Shown here piece by piece: positions 58,850 to 64,000 of a stretch of 64,000 nucleotides of DNA. Origin of the DNA: Chloroflexota bacterium. Its GTDB lineage: Bacteria > Chloroflexota > Dehalococcoidia > Lucifugimonadales > JADFKI01. Numbering within the stretch: position 1 is the stretch's first letter; each line of letters starts with the position of its first letter. Both the position numbers and the translations under genes were made by a program. A model generated the notes under the pieces. The model was given only the letters and a program-made list of their open reading frames with translations, ran no database searches and was not told where the DNA came from. The stretch covers positions 85,308 to 149,307 of the forward strand of contig JAQBUT010000004.1 of the NCBI GenBank assembly GCA_027623195.1, in the 5' to 3' direction.

Positions 58850-60313
58850 ACTCCAAACTTGGAGTCGGTCTGTTTCATCCGGAGAGTGCAGCGTAAGTGC
58901 TGCGCTCTCCACCCTGGCCATAGCCTTTTCGAGCAACGTGCTAAAGGCAGCGGCTGGCCGGATGGCCCCTATAAGCCTGCTGTCTATATCTACGTACACA
59001 CGCTCAATAAGCGGGCTGATTAGCTTACGCCTCTCTTCAGGCGTCGCCTCGTTCCATAGGTCCTTTACGCTTGCGAACAGATGTGCTGCTTCTTCCATTG
59101 TAGGCAATTCGACATTTTCGGTCAATCGTAGGCCGGCATCAATCTCGGTGAGTTTCGCTTTATATTCAGCATCGCTAATGCCCCCAGCCATATAGGCCCG
59201 GGACACCCTCCGTTTTCGCTCCTGCAACTCCTTAGGGTCAGGCCCTTTATGGTCGGCCACAGCTAGCTGTGCCATCTCTTCTCGCCACTCCGGACGGAGT
59301 TCTATCGAAGTCAGAATGTCTTGAATCTGTTGATCGACCTTCGGCGCCATCATGGAGCGCCCGTTAGTGACGCACTCGCGGGAGTGGCGTTCCCGGTACA
59401 TCGCCCCGCCATAGCGGTGCCGGTCGGACTGGATTCCCTTTCCGCAGTTGCCGCAGGAGATCATCCCTTGGAGCAGACCCTTGGGACCCTGGACCGTGCG
59501 TACAATGGTCCGACGTTTCCTGCGGCTCTGGACTTGTTCGTATAGCTCTTCGGAGATGATGGCCTCATGTTGTCCCAGGTACTCATCTTCATTGTATATA
59601 ACCTTACCTAGGTAGAACCGACAGTTCAGCATGTCCTTCACCGCGTGGCTGGTAAAGATTCCACCCTGGCGGGTCTTTAGGCCCTGGGCATTGAGCCAGT
59701 TGGCCAGCGAACCGGTAGACTCCCCGCCGGCTCGGCGACGGAAGACCTCAAGTAACGCTTTTGCTTCTATTTCCTCGGCCTGAGGAACTCCCCCCGGTTC
59801 CACAATCCGGTAACCAAAGGGAATCGGCCCTATAGGGAGCCCGATGGTGGCTCGATACCGCTGGGCCTTGGAAACGTGGACGGCGAGTTGATCGGAAAAG
59901 AACTCGGCCACGCCGCCTATCATTGTGAGCATCAGCTTGCCGCTCGGGATAGTGAAATCGAAATCTTCCATGACGCTTGCGAAGCCTACTTGGGCGTCAC
60001 CCAGCGACTGTAGGGCTTGGCGCTGTACACCGACGTTCCTAGACCACCTGTCAATGGTGTGGACAACCACTATGTCGAACAGCCCTGCCTTGGCATCCGT
60101 CAGCAGTGCCATGAGCTTGGGACGTCGGTCTATTCGTTCGGTGTGAGCACTTTTCCCCTCTTCGACATAGACACCTACGAGATCATACCCACGCCGCTTA
60201 CACCAGCGCTCGATGTCAGCCTTCTGGGCATCGATGGAGTACTTCTCCACCTGGGAGGGGTCGGACACCCTTATGTAAGCGACAACTCGGTTAGCTGAGG
60301 CTTTCTTCTTCAT
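58769..60313 (-). CDS. Large serine recombinase (ssrA-targeting integrase, DsiB-like)
   Basis: AYIRVS catalytic Ser, DR.SR, PFGY recombinase domain, CGNCG zinc ribbon, coiled coil; 3' end overlaps the tmRNA antisense. Confidence 0.92.
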   Translation of the reverse strand: MKKKASANRVVAYIRVSDPSQVEKYSIDAQKADIERWCKRRGYDLVGVYVEEGKSAHTERIDRRPKLMALLTDAKAGLFDIVVVHTIDRWSRNVGVQRQALQSLGDAQVGFASVMEDFDFTIPSGKLMLTMIGGVAEFFSDQLAVHVSKAQRYRATIGLPIGPIPFGYRIVEPGGVPQAEEIEAKALLEVFRRRAGGESTGSLANWLNAQGLKTRQGGIFTSHAVKDMLNCRFYLGKVIYNEDEYLGQHEAIISEELYEQVQSRRKRRTIVRTVQGPKGLLQGMISCGNCGKGIQSDRHRYGGAMYRERHSRECVTNGRSMMAPKVDQQIQDILTSIELRPEWREEMAQLAVADHKGPDPKELQERKRRVSRAYMAGGISDAEYKAKLTEIDAGLRLTENVELPTMEEAAHLFASVKDLWNEATPEERRKLISPLIERVYVDIDSRLIGAIRPAAAFSTLLEKAMARVESAALTLHSPDETDRLQVWSWWRRGRVELPVQKTTTRIYYRLSRNF

Positions 60314-60539
60314 GCGCTTGCTTCCTTCGTATCAGGATCGCCCTGCCTACCTCGGCCCAGACCTTGCATAGCTGCTCGATATCCGCCTCGGCCGGTTCGG
60401 TGGTGGCGTCACCACATATTGGCTCACCCGTTGGGGAATTAGCAAGACCCTCTTGAGCTATCTGCTCTCTGGGAAGATGCTCGTTGCCTTTCCGGTTGTT
60501 TGGCGTATTGACCTTACCATCACCCTGACTGAAGTACAT
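60291..60539 (-). CDS. Small hypothetical protein overlapping the recombinase start (possible directionality factor or regulator)
   Basis: 82 aa; C-terminal amphipathic helix LCKVWAEVGRAILIRR; overlaps the recombinase by 23 nt. Confidence 0.5.
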   Translation of the reverse strand: MYFSQGDGKVNTPNNRKGNEHLPREQIAQEGLANSPTGEPICGDATTEPAEADIEQLCKVWAEVGRAILIRRKQAHEEESLS

Positions 60540-60545
60540 ACTTCA

Positions 60546-60602
60546 AGTCTAAGGAAATGCCCGGTGCAAGAAGTGGTGGTTTTTCGGTGCATTAACGGTG
60601 CA
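60546..60602 (-). promoter_or_regulatory. Phased direct-repeat operator plus -10 box upstream of the small ORF/recombinase
   Basis: Minus strand TGCACCG x3 (60596, 60585, 60562) plus a degenerate copy (60574), spaced 11/11/12 bp; TAGACT 10 nt after the last repeat and 6 nt before the ATG. Confidence 0.6.
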
Positions 60603-60613
60603 GGGGAAAATGA

Positions 60614-62335
60614 CTAAGGGAAAGGGATATTCAGCCGGTAAATGCCTCTTCCATCGGCTCGCACCACCAGACGGTTCCATGCGGTGGAGTCGCGGAAGAC
60701 CTGAGCCAAGTTCTGACTACCGATGTCCAAGGTTTCCAGGATGTACGCCTGGCTCAGGGCAGCGCCACCGGCAATATGCTGGTTGGCGAGCAGTTCCACT
60801 ACGCGGGACTGGTTGGTAGTCAGGTCGAACCTCTCGTCCCCCAACCAGACCTCTCGATAGTCGGCGTTGTGGCGGAAAAAATCCGTCTGCGACCCAGCCA
60901 CTACCGCGTAGGAGCCAGCAATCAGCCTGAGGAGGCACCCAGGCGGTAAAGCCTGTCTGGCCAGTTCACTCCTCGCTAGGGCAATCTGATCCTCGATTAC
61001 CTTTATGATCGTGCTGGCGTGGCGCTTGACCATGCCAGTCAAACTGGCAGCTACGGTCCCGGCATCGGGATCAGAGGGATCAATGCATTCAAATAGCTCG
61101 GCGTACCGGTGAAACAACCCGGTCGCATCCAGAGGTTCTACTTCGGAGGCGAACCTGGCGTACGACAAGGCCATGGTCCGGTCCTTCGGAGAGGGCAGTT
61201 CCTGGCGGAATATGTCCACCCGGTATCGTTCCGGAGGGTCGTATTCCTCCATTTCGGCGGCGATGGTGGCAAAACGCCGGTCAATACACTGAGAGCAAAC
61301 CCCACAGTGGGATTGCATCCGGGTCTGGTAGCGCCCATGGGAGCAGGAGTTGGTTTCCTCAACCAAAGCTACCGAACCGGTATCCTGCAACACTTTCAAA
61401 GTCTCGGGTCTGGTCCGATTCCACAGTGGGTTGCTGACCTTGGGGCCGTTGGCGAACATCAGCTGGATGAAACGGTTAAACAGGCGTAGGAATTTGGGGT
61501 GGGTCGAACGGGTGGCCCGGGCCCCGATCAGCTGTCCGTTGATTGGCAAGTTCAGGCTCACCACTCCATTATCAGCCAGACAGACATCGGTGATCGCCAG
61601 GCGGTCCGCGATGACCGCTCCGAGACTAGCGAACAAGAACGCTCTGGTTCGTTGGCTGTAATCGCGGGCATCTGAGCCGGTACGGTGGATGGCGACGCTC
61701 ATTAGAGGAAATGACCAGTCTTCTCGAAACCGTTCTCGGATCAGCCTGGCCAGACTATGTTGACGGTTTCGGATGTTGAAAGCTGGCGAGTGGCTGACCA
61801 GCAGCGGACGCTTCCCCTGCTGAACCGCCGCCTCCAGCACTGCGCAGAGACTGTCCAGGCCCCCTGAAAAGAGGTAAACCCCGTCAGGGTTGCCTAATAC
61901 CGAGGTGGGGTCTAATTCCAGGTGCAACTGGCTCTGCTCGGCCATCATCTCGGTAAAGTGGAAGTCCCAGGTGTCGTCGGAAGCGAAGTTCAGTGTTTCA
62001 GCCAGTGACTCTTTTACCTGCTCTCGGTTCCAGAATTCCAGGTCACTGACTGGCAGGTGCAGGATGAAGTGGCGTTTCCATGAATCGCCATGTGCGTCGG
62101 CCTCGCCACCCCGGCTGACGCTCTGGTCGGCAGCGTAGACGTAGGAGGCGAGCCGCACCAGATCCGCAGCCCGATGTTCCACGGAGGCCAGCAATGCGCT
62201 GGATGGGCTTTGGATTCCCAGGTTCAGATTGGCTTCCGGCCCCCGGTGGTTTAGAGACTGGCGAAGAAGCACCGCTGATTCCTGGGGAGCCGGCGGGATG
62301 GTGGCCCCGTCGCAGCCGACCAGGAACTGCTTCAC
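60614..62335 (-). CDS. qatC: QatC-like QueC-family (PP-loop, Zn) enzyme with a C-terminal winged-helix-like domain
   Basis: DL..LA..VYAAD..VSR, LFSGGLDS PP-loop, SQRTRAFLF, NG..SLN.P, TRSTHP, SCS..HCGVCSQC..RR; extra ~85-aa C-terminal domain ending RGIYRLNI. Confidence 0.8.
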   Translation of the reverse strand: MKQFLVGCDGATIPPAPQESAVLLRQSLNHRGPEANLNLGIQSPSSALLASVEHRAADLVRLASYVYAADQSVSRGGEADAHGDSWKRHFILHLPVSDLEFWNREQVKESLAETLNFASDDTWDFHFTEMMAEQSQLHLELDPTSVLGNPDGVYLFSGGLDSLCAVLEAAVQQGKRPLLVSHSPAFNIRNRQHSLARLIRERFREDWSFPLMSVAIHRTGSDARDYSQRTRAFLFASLGAVIADRLAITDVCLADNGVVSLNLPINGQLIGARATRSTHPKFLRLFNRFIQLMFANGPKVSNPLWNRTRPETLKVLQDTGSVALVEETNSCSHGRYQTRMQSHCGVCSQCIDRRFATIAAEMEEYDPPERYRVDIFRQELPSPKDRTMALSYARFASEVEPLDATGLFHRYAELFECIDPSDPDAGTVAASLTGMVKRHASTIIKVIEDQIALARSELARQALPPGCLLRLIAGSYAVVAGSQTDFFRHNADYREVWLGDERFDLTTNQSRVVELLANQHIAGGAALSQAYILETLDIGSQNLAQVFRDSTAWNRLVVRADGRGIYRLNIPFP

Positions 62336-63117
62336 GCCGCCGCCATTTGCTGCCTGAGTTCGGTGCGTAGCTTGCGCAGCGCGTAGGCCATAAACCGCTG
62401 GGTTTCATCCCGGTTCACCGCCCCCTGGGACTCCCAGTTGTGGCGGGAGTACCAGCCTCCGGCGAAATCCTCGACGATTCGGGATGACTGGCGGGCATGC
62501 AGGTCAAGGGCCTCCAAGAATTCGTGACTTTGGTTCAAGTTGGATAGTCCCGCTGATGCGCCCAAGTGGTTGGACAGTTCCCGGTCTACGTAGGAATGAA
62601 GTAGCCGGGCGAAGAAGTCGCCGAAGAACCGGTGGGCCAGTCTGCCAAACTGGACCTGGGTGGAGTAAGTCCGAAAGGCGTTCTGAAGATCATCAAGGGA
62701 ACTGCCAAAGAGGCTGGGGCCTTGCTGTGCTACTGTGTCGGTCAGCGCGGTGCGCAATGCCAGGGAGCCCAGCTCGGCGAAATCTCCTCCTGAGGGACTC
62801 GTGGCAAGCTCCTCCCTCACCCGGTCAGTTACCTGGGCGATTAGCTGTAGGGAAGAGGTGTTGGAGTTGACGTTGATGCCCAGACGAGCCAGGTCGGCCA
62901 CAAAGTCCGGGCCGCGGGCTGCCCAGGCGATACGGGTCAACAACCAGAAGCTGTAGCCTAGACCCTCATCATTGGCCAGTTGACGCAGGCGGCCTTCTGC
63001 GGCGAAGACAACCGCTCCTGCCAGAGATGAAGGATCGAGGGCAGGAGCATCCAGGAGGTTGATTACCTCGGTCCAACGACGGGTCTTGGGTAGGCGTCCC
63101 AGACGCAAGTGTCCCAT
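62332..63117 (-). CDS. Hypothetical alpha-helical protein, translationally coupled partner of the QatC-like gene (QatB position)
   Basis: 261 aa; starts MGHLRLGRLPKTRRW; stop overlaps the next start (GTGA). Confidence 0.8.
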   Translation of the reverse strand: MGHLRLGRLPKTRRWTEVINLLDAPALDPSSLAGAVVFAAEGRLRQLANDEGLGYSFWLLTRIAWAARGPDFVADLARLGINVNSNTSSLQLIAQVTDRVREELATSPSGGDFAELGSLALRTALTDTVAQQGPSLFGSSLDDLQNAFRTYSTQVQFGRLAHRFFGDFFARLLHSYVDRELSNHLGASAGLSNLNQSHEFLEALDLHARQSSRIVEDFAGGWYSRHNWESQGAVNRDETQRFMAYALRKLRTELRQQMAAA

Positions 63118-63508
63118 GCTTGCTACCCCCTAATCAGTCGGCAATGCTACTAGCAAAACCGAAAGGCCGCGAGAGGTTGTTCTCCGAATGGCCCTAAGGA
63201 TAGAAGGTTTTAGCCCAGATCAACCACCTGCGCCGGAAGAGCGGCAGCGGCAGCCCCCAGCGGCTGAAGAAGGAGGAGCAGGCCCTGCAGGTGGAACAGC
63301 AAAAACTATTTTAGCATCGATCGTTCATATAAGCGATTTTTTCTTAAAAGCTCCGGCAGTGGCGGCCGTCTCAAGTCTGCAAGATTATTGCATGGGTTTC
63401 CCGAGACGTAAACCACCTTAGGGTGCCAACCAAGTGCTAAATGACGAAGGTTGTTCTCAAATGACCCACGGTATGTACAACCAGGGTTCCATTAATGGGA
63501 TAACGCCC

Positions 63509-63883
63509 ATGAATACACTGAATCTTACCCGAGCCTATATGTCATGCGCCGTTGCCCTGCTGCTGCTGTGCGGCTGCGCCCAACTGGGCATATATCGGCT
63601 GGAATTGCTGGCGTTGCCTCAGGAAGGCCCGGCTCCCCTGACCGTTTCCTTTGCCGCCAGCATTACTGGTGGTCTGGACATCAGCCCTGAGCTTTATTGC
63701 CAGCAGCAGACCTGGGACTTTGGCGACGGGCGTCGGGTGGGTGTTTTCGGTCTTTGTCAGTCCTTGAGACCCGGGAGGAAGATAGACCGTCAATTCGGGC
63801 AGTATTACCCTCAATCTGTCATGCTGGATGACCAGCCGTGCCTTTTACATCCAGGGCGGGGAATCCTCCCCGCCTGGCCTTGA
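63509..63883 (+). pseudogene. PKD-domain lipoprotein, probably truncated
   Basis: Lipobox-like LLLCGC; P..G.APLTVSF and WDFGDG PKD motifs; sequence looks non-homologous afterwards. Confidence 0.45.
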
Positions 63884-64000
63884 TTGAGTCAACTATTGAC
63901 TTGATGTCACTCCGAAAAGCTTAAAGTATTGAGCCGGACTCTCCGGTCGTATCTAGGCTCAAAGTTCAGCTTTTCATTCAGACCGTAAATTATTGTGGCT

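Larger units (their letters stand above)
58830..64000. mobile_element. Genomic island integrated at the ssrA 3' end (far boundary outside the window)
   Basis: Serine recombinase abutting and overlapping the tmRNA 3' end, followed by defence-like cargo; exact att boundary not determinable here. Confidence 0.8.

Noticed and set aside
60614..62335. Housekeeping queC (queuosine biosynthesis)
   Set aside because: More than twice the usual QueC length, has QatC-type extra domains, lies on an island and has no queD/queE/queF neighbours
63188..63421. 77-aa plus-strand ORF
   Set aside because: Low complexity, no RBS or motif; cannot be supported
1..64000. CRISPR array, rRNA, tRNA or IS transposase
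   Set aside because: No regularly spaced repeat-spacer array, rRNA-like stretch, cloverleaf or transposase motif was seen by eye

Overview
Bacterial chromosomal window, most likely from a Chloroflexota (Dehalococcoidia/SAR202-like) genome. This is inferred from the paralogous enolase-superfamily, luciferase-like, NHL and SDR genes, GAAC-N4-GTTC boxes and an ssrA-targeting serine recombinase. Left to right: (1) an alternative complex III/Qrc-like respiratory operon; (2) about 25 kb of catabolic genes; (3) a pantothenate operon with a terminator-containing leader; (4) a thiolase-like/DUF35 pair, two divergent secreted proteases and an AhpD-like gene with an in-frame UGA in a CxxU motif (probable selenoprotein); (5) rplS, priA, a PerR-DUF1800-DUF1501-NHL cluster, manC, an aminotransferase and HU; (6) tmRNA, followed by a genomic island integrated at its 3' end. 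The best novelty candidate is in the island. It is a two-gene module: an unknown helical protein starting Met-Gly, and a QatC/QueC-like enzyme fused to a C-terminal winged-helix-like domain, with no qatA or qatD beside it. Immediately downstream are four repeats phased at 11-12 bp and a -10 box that front the small ORF/recombinase unit. This suggests a deazaguanylation-type defence sensor wired to island mobilisation (hypothesis only). Three genes carry small indel frameshifts (decay or assembly error). All calls come from reading motifs by eye; no database searches were run.
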